From NCBI GenBank assembly GCA_963823665.1, contig CAWGMQ010000007.1:352001-416000 (forward strand): DNA of 64,000 bases, given 5' to 3'. The position numbers and the translations under genes are program-made. A model generated the notes under the pieces. It was not told the DNA's origin. It saw only the letters and a program-made list of their open reading frames with translations, and did no database searches. Source of the DNA: an uncultured Planctomycetota bacterium (GTDB lineage Bacteria; Planctomycetota; Planctomycetia; Isosphaerales; Isosphaeraceae). The first letter of the stretch is position 1; the number at the start of each line of letters is the position of its first letter. Shown one piece after another: positions 9,506-20,176 of this stretch.

Positions 9506-12500
9506 ATGGCTGAGGTCTCACAATACGGCCGGAAGTCAGCGTCGCGTCCCAAGAGGTGCCGACGGAGAATTTGTATCGAGGTTCTTGAGGAGAGAGCGCT
9601 CCTGACCTCGATCATCGATCTTGGCACCCTGCCCGACGGCATTGAGAGTGAACCCACCGGAATCAACGACTCCGGCCAGGTCGTCGGTTATTCCGTTACC
9701 GGCGAGAACGTGTATAACGCCTTCCTTTACAGCGACGGGCAGATGGCCGACCTGGGCACGCTGCCCGGCGACACTGACAGTCGGGCCAGCGGAATCAACG
9801 CCTCCGGCCAGGTCGTCGGCTACTCGAGTTCCGCCGGCAACATAGATCACGCCTTCCTCTATAGCGATGGCGAGATGAACGATCTCGGCACGCTGCCCGG
9901 CGGGCATGACAGCTACGCTTGGAGTATCAACGACTCCGGCGAAATTGCCGGCTCGGGTGATACGAACCAGCAGTCGACTGATGCCATTATCGACAGCGAC
10001 GGGACGATGACCGACGTGGGTACCTTGCCTGTCGGCAGCGACAGCAATGCCCTCAGCATCAACGACTCCGGCGACGTCGTCGGCTGGTCGAATGCCGGGG
10101 ACGGCCAGTACGCCGCCCTCTTCAGCGCCGGCGGCGGTGCGCCAAGCGACCTGGGGACCCTCCCTGGCGGCGGTGACAGTGTGGCCACTGGCATCAACGC
10201 CTCCGGCGCTGTCGTCGGCTATGCGTACACCGCCGGCGATGTGCAACACGCCTTCCTCGACAGCGACGGAACGATCATGGACCTGGGCACCTTGTCCGGC
10301 GGCAACACCAGTGAAGCCCTTGGTATCAATGACGGCGGCGATGTCGTCGGTTGGTCGCAGACCGCCGATGGAGCGCGAGCCTTTCTCTACAGCAGCGAGA
10401 TGGGCATGGTCGACCTCAATTCTCTCATGCCTGCGGACTCGGGGTGGGTGTTAACCACGGCCACGGCGATCAATAATAAGGGGCAGATCGTCGCGCAGGG
10501 GTATAGTGCGAAGGGCACGGATGCGCTCTTGCTCAACCTGTCGGGAATTGTTCCCACTTCTCTTGAATGGGACGGCGCGGATGGCGGCGTTGACTACTCG
10601 TACAAAATCAGTGGAATGGACCTGCCGGAGCCAACGACGGTTCAGCTCGACTGGGCTAGTGGAACGACCCTGGATACGATCATCGGCGATCCGATCTTAA
10701 GCACGACAACCGAGACCGCTCCGGGAACGTATGACCTCCATGCCACGCCGGCCCAGCTCGGTACTGCTCCACCGGGTGCCACCGAATTGCTTGTCGTTGC
10801 CGACCCGGACAACCTCATTTCGCCCGCTGATCCGAGCAAGGTCGTTTCCCTCTCGATCTCGCGCGAGTGGACCGGTGCTGGCCCAGATGATATGTGGAGC
10901 GATCGCGAGAACTGGGCGGGCGGGATGGCGCCCGGAGCCGATGCCGACTTGATCTTTCCAAGTGGTGCTCAGCAGCTCAGCAGCGAAGATGATCTCGGGC
11001 TTTCCTTCAACTCAATCAGTATCAGCGACAATTACGAGTTTTCAGCTTCGGGCTTCCTGGGAACCAACGACTTGACTGTCCAGCAGGGTTCGATCCAACT
11101 TGACGATTCCGCCACGGTGACGGGAACGGTGTCGGTGATGTCGGGAACGACCATGACGGTGAGCGCCGATGCTACGCTGGACGACCAGGGCGCGATCACG
11201 GTGGAAGCGGATGGCACCCTGGACGACGAAGGCAGCGTGACCGTCGCCGACAATGGTTCGCTGTCGATCGAGGGTAGATTGATCGTGGGCACGAGTGGCT
11301 CACTGGATGGCGAGGGCAGTCTTACGGTTACCAATGATGGCGCATTTGACGATTTTGGCCAAGTGAGTGTGGGGATACTGACCCGCTGACAGTGAGCCAG
11401 GGGAGCCTGCTGGTCGGAGCTAACGCCAGTCTCTCTGATAACGGAATCGTGACCGTGGAAGCCGACGCTTCTCTTGTCGTCTATGGCAGTTGCACGGTGA
11501 ACGCCGAAGGCGCCCTGGACCTGCAGGGCTTGGGGAGTGTTGGCCAGGCGCAACCATGACCATCAATGACGGGAGTCTGATGGAAGGGGCGAGCGGCGTG
11601 CTGGACAACGTGGGCAATGTGGCTGTCGGTGCTAACGGTTCAGTCGCGGTTGGAGGGAGCTTGATCCTCATCGGCACGAGCGGCGGTCAAGGCAGCACGG
11701 GAGACAATCTGGGATCGACTCCGATCACGCCCACCACTTCTGCCTCGACGGAGTTGGAGGAGCAAGCGACGCAAGTCGGCGAGAACGCCGACGTTGGCTC
11801 TGACTTGATCGCGACCTTGGCAGAAACGTACGTAAAAGGTCTGCCTGAGGACATTGTTACAGTGCAGGGTGCCGATGAACTCGCGTCGTGGGCTAAAGGG
11901 GTTGGCTCTGCCGCTTCCGCCGTAAAGTACGGGGCCGACAGCAGCGTTCTTGTCAGTGCTCTTCGGACCAACGATCAACAAGCGTTCGCGGCGGGATATA
12001 ACAAACTCATCAGAGACATTTTGACGGATGCCGCGGGGGCGGCAACCGGATTGACAGCCGCCTACGTAACTACGGCAACCGCCGTTGCCGATGATGGGGC
12101 AAGTCTTCTGGCTGTGCCCCTGGCTGCGCTACTGGGCAAGATCGGCGGCAGCTTCGCCTACGGTGTGTACTATGACCAGTACCTGGCCGCAGGAGTTACT
12201 GCTCAAGGCGGCGCATTGTTCGACCGCATCAAGAGCGGAGGCCAAAGCGCGACGGGTGGTGCAGGAGGTAGTCTGAGTGACGGGGGTTCCGTCACGGTGC
12301 AATCCACGGGCGACCTTGACGACCAGGACGCCATCGCCGTGGCGGCAGGTTCAACTCTGGATATTTTCGGCAACCTCACCGAAGGGGCAGGCGGTAACCT
12401 GGACATAGTCGGTACCGTCACCATCGAACCTGACGCGGTCGTGAATGACTTCAGCCCCGCCGTCGTTGACGCGGGGGGTGTTTTAAATGACGAAGGTGCT

Positions 12501-13577
12501 GCCACGGTGGAACTCGGGGCCTCGTTGGATGTCGCCGGCACTCTGAGTATTGCCAACGACGGTTCGCTGGATGTATATGGTGCGACTGTACTTGAGGCGA
12601 ATGCAGTCTATCAGCCACAAGGCACAGTCGTTGTCCAATCAGACAGTTACCTGGGGCCGCCGGTGCCTCCTAAAGTCACTTCCGAGCCGGTCGATCAGGC
12701 GGTTCCTCCCGGTCAGCAGGTGGCTTTTACCGCAGCGGCGAGTGGCGAGCCGGCCCCGACCGTGCAGTGGCAGGTGAGCTCGAACGGCGGGACCGACTTC
12801 AGCAACGTAGCGGGGGCGACCTCTACCACTCTCACATTCACCACTACCGCGATAGAGAGCGCTGAAGAGTATCGCGCTATATTCACCAACTCGTCCGGCA
12901 GCGTAACCACTGCGGCGTCCAAGTTGACCGTTAATCCCGTCCAGGCGGTCCTCGCTCTTAGCGGATTGATCTTCACTTACGATAACGCACCGCACTTTGC
13001 GACGGTTACCACCGATCCGCCCGACCTCACGGGCGTGACGGTGGTTTACTCGCAGAACGGCGTCGTCGTGCCCGCTCCAACGCAGCCCGGCAGTTATTCC
13101 GTTACCGCGATGCTGGCCAATCCGAACTATACGGCTACGAGCGCCAGCGGCACGCTGGTCATCAACGCGGCGGCGCCGCTCGTGATCACCGGCGAGCAGC
13201 CGGTTTTCCACCGCAAAACCAACAAGAAAGGCAAGCCCATCGGACAGCCGGTCCTCAGTGGATTCCTGTTTGATTTCAGCGAAGCGCTCAGCCCCACAAG
13301 CGCGACGAGCGCGGCGAATTACCAGGTCGATACCATAACCACCAAGCGGGTAAAGAAGCAGACCCGCCGCATCCTTCATCCGATCACGAGTTTCTCGATC
13401 GCATACAGCGCGGCGAGCGATTCGGTCGCTCTGACATTCACCGTCAAACAAACCTTCCGGACCGGGGGCCAGATCAAAGTGGTCGGTGGTCCTTCGTTCG
13501 GCGTCACAGGCGCAACGCTATCGGGAAATGTTGTGTTCACTATTTCACCGGAAGGGCGCCGCATCACTGCACAGTGA
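9506..13577 (+). CDS. Large exported HAF-repeat / beta-helix / Ig / MBG-like surface protein; frameshifts near 11380 and 11545
   Basis: Leader LEERALLT; multiple DLGTLPGG..S.A.GIN.SGQVVG..HAFLY repeats; WSDRENW cap, then beta-helix repeats. An intervening frame (LTVSQGSLLVGANASLSDNG...) links ORFs 9506..11389 and 11490..13577. Ig domain (P.PTVQWQVS) and MBG-like domain follow. Confidence 0.82.
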
Positions 13578-13579
13578 CA

Positions 13580-13705
13580 CCATCTGCGAATCCGGCGCGA
13601 ATGCACCCCGCCCGTCGCCGAGCAACATCGTCAGATGCTGTGTTTGATGGTTCGCGATCGCCAGATCGACGCGACCGTCGCCGTTGAAGGTGGTCGGAAT
13701 AAGGT
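13580..13705 (-). pseudogene. Isolated FG-GAP/VCBS repeat remnant
   Basis: Minus-strand translation FNGDGRVDLAIANHQTQHLTMLLGDGRGAF, a single canonical FG-GAP blade with no gene start of its own. Confidence 0.6.
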
Positions 13706-13708
13706 GAG

Positions 13709-14404
13709 TTATTCGCACCTGAGGGACTTGCGGAAAACGAGCCAGTAGCAGTGTCGGCGCCGGGCGTGGTGCGCCGTTTTCCACCTCGGGTCGACAATTG
13801 GGCCCTTGCGGATTTTCACGATGCAGTCGCATGCGCAGAATCCTACATCGGTGGCTGCGCGAACGACCTCTATGTGCGCCCATTGATATCGGTGGTTGTC
13901 TACGTAGTCAGCGACCTTGCAGAAAAGAACACCTTCCGGTCGTAGGACACGATACGCTTCGCTGGCAAACGGCGGGTACAGATGCGTGAAGTTATAGCCG
14001 TTCTCGGCGGACGACTTCAGGACAAGCCCGAAGCGGGAGTTGAAATCCTTGGATCGATCTCGGCCCTGATTCGGAATATGAGGTGGGTCGTACACGATCA
14101 CGTCAAACGTGCTCGTCCTGAATGGCATGCGACGGTTGTCTGCAACTACGCTTGGTCGATGTTTCGCGTCGATGTCGATTCCGACGACGCTGCGACTACT
14201 GCCAACCCAAAATCGTCCCGAGTTGACCGTTGCGTCCAGGATGCGTTCCGGTCGTTTGCGAGGATAGAAATCGAGAAGTCTCTGGAGAAGATCGGCATCA
14301 CTTCCGTCCCAAATCGATGGAAGTGGCTGGTACGAGCCCAAGTTGTCTTCCACCCCGGAAGATGGGACGAACTGCTGCTGACCATTCGCCCGACGGTGCC
14401 CCAT
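13709..14404 (-). CDS. Small SAM-dependent amino-(N6-A/N4-C type) DNA methyltransferase-like protein
   Basis: AAGGAGG RBS; ILDATVNSGRFW (motif I), VVGIDID, DNRRMPF...FDVIVYDPPH (DPPY-like motif IV), EAYRVLRPEG. Confidence 0.75.
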   Translation of the reverse strand: MGHRRANGQQQFVPSSGVEDNLGSYQPLPSIWDGSDADLLQRLLDFYPRKRPERILDATVNSGRFWVGSSRSVVGIDIDAKHRPSVVADNRRMPFRTSTFDVIVYDPPHIPNQGRDRSKDFNSRFGLVLKSSAENGYNFTHLYPPFASEAYRVLRPEGVLFCKVADYVDNHRYQWAHIEVVRAATDVGFCACDCIVKIRKGPIVDPRWKTAHHARRRHCYWLVFRKSLRCE

Positions 14405-14794
14405 TCCACACTTCCTCCTTCGTGTGGCCAGGATACAAACGTTTGTTCAGCATGTACAGAGTACCTCGTCAGGGAGTTTGGTTGAGGCCCCAAGAAACGA
14501 ACGTGCTGGAGAACAACGCGGCAATCCCCATTCCCAGGTATCGTGGTTCAGGCGCCTTGAAGGCTTTCCTCAATCGCCCGCTGTTCCTGATTCTGGCCAT
14601 CGTCGTGATGGTGCTGGGGCTAGCCTAGGCCCTCTTCCGACCCGGCAAGACGACCAAACTGCCAATCAGCGCCGTTGGGCCACGCGATCGAGGTCAATCA
14701 CCGGGAGAAAGACCGGAGCGTCGTCGGATCCCAGGTTGCACGACTTGGGCGTTTCCGCCGTAGGCCCGCTTTCCAAGATCCACCGCTTGCGAGT

Positions 14795-15781
14795 TCACGC
14801 CCGCTTCGCCTGCCTCACGACCTTTGGCTCAACCACCTTCGTGGCCAGCCCCAGGCGCATCAGGATGAAGATCACGCAGTACGTCAGGTCGAATTCCCAC
14901 CAGCGGTGCCAGACCGACGCGGCGGCGGGATCGTGGTGATGGTTGTTGTGCCAGCCTTCGCCTAATGCCACCAAGCCGACGAACCAGTTATTCTTGCTGC
15001 TCTCGCTCGTTTCGTAGTTGCGATAGCCGAAGAGGTGCGTCAGTGAGTTGACCGACCACGTCACGTGCCAGCCGAGCACCGTGCGCACCAGGCCGCCCCA
15101 CACAAACAGACTCAGACTGAACTGGAGGGCGCCCATCGAGGTACCGGTCGTGTACCATCCGACGATCGCACCCACGATCGGGTACATGAGAAGGTGGGCC
15201 AGGTAGATCGACGGTCCGATCAGGGTCTTCTCCAGCTTCATGTAGAATGGGTCTTCGAGAATGTCGCGAGCGTATTTCTGCATCGAGCTGATCGAGCGGG
15301 TCGCGGTATTTTGATAGAACAACCAGTTGAAGTGCGACCACAGAAAGTTCACCAGCGGGCTGTGCGGATCGGGCTGCTCGTCCGAGAAGACGTGATGCAC
15401 CCGGTGTACAGTCACCCACTTGGCGGGGGTGTCTTGCAGCGAGCACTGGGCGAGAATGGTAAAGCCGTGCTCGAGCCATTTGGGTAAGACCAAGCTGCGG
15501 TGGGCGAGCACCCGGTGGTAGCCGAGTGTGATCCCCATTCCGTAGAAGGGCACCCCGAGAATTGCCAGCGCTACGCCCGTCCAGCTAAAGAGCCAGGGAA
15601 TGAAGGCGGCCAGCGCGGCCAGATGAATCGTGACCACGGGGATGACGTACATCCAGATCAGCCGGTCGAAACGAACGGTCGCCGGGGCAGAAAGACGTGC
15701 GGTTGCTTCCTGCGCGACGGCTGGAGCGGGAGTTGGAGCGACGTCCGCTACGGCAGCCGGCGAGGATCCTGGAAAGCTCAT
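14795..15781 (-). CDS. Delta-9-type acyl-lipid/acyl-CoA fatty acid desaturase
   Basis: Three His boxes: GYHRVLAH, HRVHH..SD..DPHSP, GEGWHNNHH; VNSLTH; TM segments. Confidence 0.95.
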   Translation of the reverse strand: MSFPGSSPAAVADVAPTPAPAVAQEATARLSAPATVRFDRLIWMYVIPVVTIHLAALAAFIPWLFSWTGVALAILGVPFYGMGITLGYHRVLAHRSLVLPKWLEHGFTILAQCSLQDTPAKWVTVHRVHHVFSDEQPDPHSPLVNFLWSHFNWLFYQNTATRSISSMQKYARDILEDPFYMKLEKTLIGPSIYLAHLLMYPIVGAIVGWYTTGTSMGALQFSLSLFVWGGLVRTVLGWHVTWSVNSLTHLFGYRNYETSESSKNNWFVGLVALGEGWHNNHHHDPAAASVWHRWWEFDLTYCVIFILMRLGLATKVVEPKVVRQAKRA

Positions 15782-16067
15782 GTATGATCGATCCCACCAA
15801 TGGGAATGAGATTTACGTGTGTTCGGCGTCGCCTGGGGCTAGCGCGAAGACGGGCAGTTTAGCACGAGAACGCGTCCGGTTCTGAGTGAGACCTCCGGAA
15901 GATTATCGGTCATTGGCGACCGTCTCGCCACCTGATGCCCTCTTTTTTGTAAAATTGTGATGAAAATGCCGGTTCGGCTGAGACCGACGAATGTGCGGAT
16001 GGCGTAGCCTGGCAGGAACGGGCCACGTGCGTGACCGGACCCTCGTTTCTTCACCCGGAGCATTTCA

Positions 16068-16742
16068 ATGTGGCGATTTCGGCGTCTGCTGATCGGCGTG
16101 CTCGCGATGCTATCGATCGGGATCAGTGGCGCGCAAGATCCCAAGAAGGACGAACATAAGCCCCACCTGAAAGATCCGGTAGTTGTGGTCGCGGACGAAG
16201 CAGTCCGAATTCAGCCGACGGACCCGGACGAGAAGGGGCACTGGATCGTCATGGCGGGCTACAACGAGCTGGGGTCGCCGTGTTTCTCTCGCGCCGGCCG
16301 CTGGGTCGAGTTCGATGCCTACAAGGAGGGTTACAACAACGGCCGGCCGGAGGCCTGGATCGCCCGCAGCGGTGGAACAGGGTTGAAGAAGCTCACCAAC
16401 GGGGCGACGCCGCGGTGGTCGCCGGACGGGAAACGGCTCCCGTTCATCCGCGAAAGCGAGGTTGAGGCAAACGGGGAGCCCGACATCTACGTGATCAAGC
16501 CGGACGGCACCGATGAGCGGAAGCTGCGGCCGGGACGATGGCCCGAATGGTCTCCGGATGGCAAGAAGATCGCGTTCTCACGTGGCAAGCTGCCGGGAGG
16601 TGGTGCGCAGGTCGGGGCCGAGGTGTTCATTTGTAACGCCGACGGGTCGAATGACAAGTTCATCGCTGAAGGCGATTCTTCCACTCGTCCCTTAGAACCA
16701 ACCCTCCACACGACGCGTATTGAGGTAGTGCAACGGATGTGA
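16068..16742 (+). CDS. Secreted TolB-like PD40-repeat protein, apparently C-terminally truncated
   Basis: Signal peptide; PRWSPDGKR and PEWSPDGKKIAFS repeats; the repeat pattern breaks off after FIAEGD (~16675). Confidence 0.7.
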   Translation: MWRFRRLLIGVLAMLSIGISGAQDPKKDEHKPHLKDPVVVVADEAVRIQPTDPDEKGHWIVMAGYNELGSPCFSRAGRWVEFDAYKEGYNNGRPEAWIARSGGTGLKKLTNGATPRWSPDGKRLPFIRESEVEANGEPDIYVIKPDGTDERKLRPGRWPEWSPDGKKIAFSRGKLPGGGAQVGAEVFICNADGSNDKFIAEGDSSTRPLEPTLHTTRIEVVQRM

Positions 16743-16913
16743 GAGCAAGACCAGGAGCTGTGCAGCCCGGTAGCCGGCAGACACCAGACAGGCAGACCGA
16801 CAGACAGACACACGCCCACACCAGCCGGCCTCGGCGCTCGAGGTCTTCGGATCGGGTAAGTTTTCGTCCCGCCAGCCAAGTTCGATCGTCCCCACCTTAT
16901 TGGGAGGCCCACC

Positions 16914-18847
16914 ATGTTCTGCGCGATGCTGGTGTGCTGCGCCTTGGCCGTCCAGGATGGACGGACCGAAATCAACGGAGTGACCACAGTCAACCAATCG
17001 GCCGACCTGGCCGCCTACGAGGCGGCGAAGGCAAAGGCGGGGGAAAACGCCGATGCCCACGTTCAGCTCGCGCTCTGGTGCGAATCACACGGTCTCTCCG
17101 GTGCGCGGGTCAAGGAGCTGGCAGCCGCCGTCGCGCACGAGCCGGGGCATGCGCTCGCGCGGGGATTGATGGGGCTCGTCGCCTATCGCGGGAAATGGGG
17201 ATCTCCCGAGGCCATCGGCAAGGAAATCAAGGACGACCCGGCGCGCGAGGAATTGAACGCCGAGTACCGTGCGCGCCGCCTCAAGACCCCGAACAAGCCC
17301 GAGGAGCAGTTGCGGCTCGCACGATGGTGTGAGGAACACGGGCTCAAGGAAGAGGCGATTGCGCACTACAGCGTGGTGCTTCGGCTTGATCCGTCACGAG
17401 AATCGGTGTGGCGACATCTGGGTTATGAGAAGGTTGGGAACCGCTGGCTGACGGCTTCCGAGATCGCGGTGAAGAAGCGGGAGGCAGTCGAGCAGAAGCA
17501 GGCGGACAAGCGCTGGGGTCGCTTCTTCGAGAGCCTGGGCAGTGATTTTGAGAGCGGCGCACCGGCCAAGCAATCGAGGGCCGAGCGGCGCATGGCCCTG
17601 GTCACCGACCCGCGCGCCGTGCCGATGATCTGGAAGCACTTCGTGCGCATGAGCGAACGCCGCGAGCTTGCCGCGGTGCAGATGCTCGGCCAGATTGATG
17701 GCGCGTCGCCTGCGATGGGGCTGGCGGCAATTTCGGTGTTCAGCCCGCGGCCGGAAGTGCGCCTGCAAGCGACTGACACGCTCGCCCGCTATGATCCCCG
17801 CGACATCGTCGAGCCGCTGATCGATGTGCTTCAGAAACCGTTTGCGTATCAGGTCCGCTCGATCGCCGGGCCAGGCTCCGACGGCGAGCTGTTTGTCGAG
17901 GGTGAGCGGTTCAATGTGCAGCGGATCTATCAGGATCAGTCTGGCGCCGCCGTACTCTGGGCGCACGCATCTTTGCCGCGCCCGTTTCGTTCGATCCGTT
18001 CGGAGGCCCGAGCCCGACGGTGGCAACGCAGGGCAACGCGTTGCTGGCCGCGAGCATCGGGCGAGACATGACGCGCGACATGGGCATGCGTTTTCAGATG
18101 ATGAAGGGCCTCGAGACCGGCCAAGGTCTCCAGCAGAGGCTCGCGCGTGACGTTCAGTTTGTCGAGATGACGAACGCCAGGATCCGCTCTCAGGACGGGC
18201 GTGTGCTCGCCGTTCTGAGGAAAGTCACCGGGCAGGAGTTCGGGGAAGACCCCGGAAAGTGGAAGGCCTGGTGGGCGGACCGGCTCGGATATTCGTACCA
18301 GCCGCCAGACCCTCAGGAGAAGCCGACGTACACGAGCTTTGTTACCGAGCCGCTGCCGCAGGCGGCGCTCCCTCATCACTCGTGCTTTGGCGCCGGCACG
18401 CTGGTGCGCACACTCGGCGGCCCGAAGGTAATCGAATCGATTCAAGTCGGCGACCGGCTCTTGTCGCAGGACCCGAGCACCGGATCGATGGAATTCCGGT
18501 CGGTTGTGGCCGTTTATCACAACAAGCCCGCCGCCACGCTGCGACTCTCGATCGGCGGCGAGCCGATCGTGGTGACCGGAATCCATCGCTTCTGGAAGGC
18601 CGGCAAGGGGTGGACCATGGCCCGCGACCTGAAGGCCGGTGATCGCGTGCGTGCGATCGGCGGTGTGGCCGTCGTCCAATCGACCGAGCCGTCGAGCGTG
18701 CAGCCGGTGTTCAACCTCGAGGTCGCCCAGAACCGCGATTACTTCGTGGGGAAGCAAGGGATGCTCGTGCACGACAACAGCCTGGTCCGGCCGGTGGCCG
18801 AGCCGTTTGACCGCGAGCCGGAACTGGCTGCGGTCTCTGATCAGTGA
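16914..18847 (+). CDS. Secreted helical/HEAT-like protein with C-terminal polymorphic-toxin-type HINT domain; frameshift near 17960-18020
   Basis: GGAGG RBS; two LA.WCE.HGL repeats; HINT block CFGAGTLVRTLGGPKVIESIQVGD...VFNLEVAQNRDYFVG..GMLVHDNS (18383-18781). Confidence 0.85.
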
Positions 18848-19026
18848 TGCGACCGATGGCGTGGACCGTTATCATTCAAGGATGGACCGGGCCGAATCTT
18901 CGGTCCTCGTCCATCCTTGTTCGGGAGACGGCGTCATGCGGAGCATCGCGGCCTTGTCAGCCAGTCGTTGTGTGGTCTGCGTCTGCCTGATCGTGGGTGC
19001 GTTTGCGGTCGACGGGCTGGGAATCT

Positions 19027-19581
19027 ATGATGAATGATCGTTGGAATCCGACACCTGATCGTGGACGGGGCGACGAAGACGAACTTGAGTCCAAGTTGCT
19101 CCGTGCCCCAGGAGCGAAGCTGACCATCACTCTCGACGGGCTCAGGCGAGGGCTGGCCCTGATCCGCGGCCTGGGAAATCGTCCCGGGATGCTTTCTCTC
19201 GCGAACGTGCTGCTCTGGCTCCACGCCAACGCCTACCGCCGCGAGTTCCTGTCGGTGTCCGCGCTATCATCTGTAAGTCCTGTCGGTTCCCTCGCCTTGT
19301 CGATTCGCGTGACGGCCGAGAACGAATCTCGCCAATATGGACGGGTGAGGCGGCTCGACAACTCCAGCCAGTTCGAGTGGGAGCTGAGCGAAGACGACCT
19401 GTTGAGGCTGGGATTGGCGGTTCACCGGCTGGCTTGCAAGCCCGAGCACGGCTACGATGAAGTACCCGGTAGGGGACGAAGGAGACGCCGCGGTCCGCCT
19501 GGAGTTGGAGTCAAACCTTGGAGCACAGACTCTGTAGCCGTAACGAGACTTTCGATTTGCCCGGCGGATTGGATCGTCTAA
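19027..19581 (+). CDS. Hypothetical protein, Imm32-like motif
   Basis: LIRGLGNRPGMLSLANVLLWL recalls the Imm32 'gN.eGllsLA..Ll.L' motif; the 3' end may be frameshifted near 19460. Confidence 0.45.
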   Translation: MMNDRWNPTPDRGRGDEDELESKLLRAPGAKLTITLDGLRRGLALIRGLGNRPGMLSLANVLLWLHANAYRREFLSVSALSSVSPVGSLALSIRVTAENESRQYGRVRRLDNSSQFEWELSEDDLLRLGLAVHRLACKPEHGYDEVPGRGRRRRRGPPGVGVKPWSTDSVAVTRLSICPADWIV

Positions 19582-19635
19582 TCAAAATGTGTGTATGGCG
19601 CGAGCAAATGATCATCGTCGTCATGGCTGGAAACG

Positions 19636-20136
19636 GTGGGTGCGGTCATGCTAGTCGCGATCCTGACATCACGGGCGAGCGCGCTGCCTGTCGTATCCCA
19701 TGAGAGCATCGCCGTCATCGCCGAAGTGGGTCTCGCCCATGATCGCTATGCAACAGGGAACGGGTTCTATTCCGGGGTTAGCGAATGGGATGCGCATGTG
19801 ACGCTGATACAACAGGAGCCCTTCGAGGTCTTGGCCGTCGAGCATGGGGTGCACATCGATCCGAAGGAGTTGCGACGGAACCTCGTCACCCGTGGGATCG
19901 ATTTGTCATCACTGATTGGAAGGCGATTCCGCATTGGTGGGGACGTGGTTCTTCGGGGGAGGAAGCTGTGGCCTCCTTGTGTTCATGTCGTGAAGCTCTC
20001 CGGAAAGCCCGAGATCTTCAAGCACCTGGCCAGGAAGTGCGGCATCGGCGCGGATGTGTTGGTAGGGGGCAAGATCCAAGTCGGCGATTCGATCGTGGCT
20101 GACGACGACTATCATTGCAACATAACCTGTTATTGA
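19636..20136 (+). CDS. MOSC-domain protein
   Basis: HVTLI, LRRNLVTRGIDL, PPC (conserved Cys), GIGADVLVGGKIQVGD. Confidence 0.85.
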   Translation: MGAVMLVAILTSRASALPVVSHESIAVIAEVGLAHDRYATGNGFYSGVSEWDAHVTLIQQEPFEVLAVEHGVHIDPKELRRNLVTRGIDLSSLIGRRFRIGGDVVLRGRKLWPPCVHVVKLSGKPEIFKHLARKCGIGADVLVGGKIQVGDSIVADDDYHCNITCY

Positions 20137-20176
20137 CAGTTGTTGCGGACGCTTGGGCGCGGGATGATGCCGGGAT

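Noticed and set aside
13709..14404. Restriction-modification system or prophage
   Set aside because: No endonuclease, specificity subunit, integrase or phage structural gene nearby.
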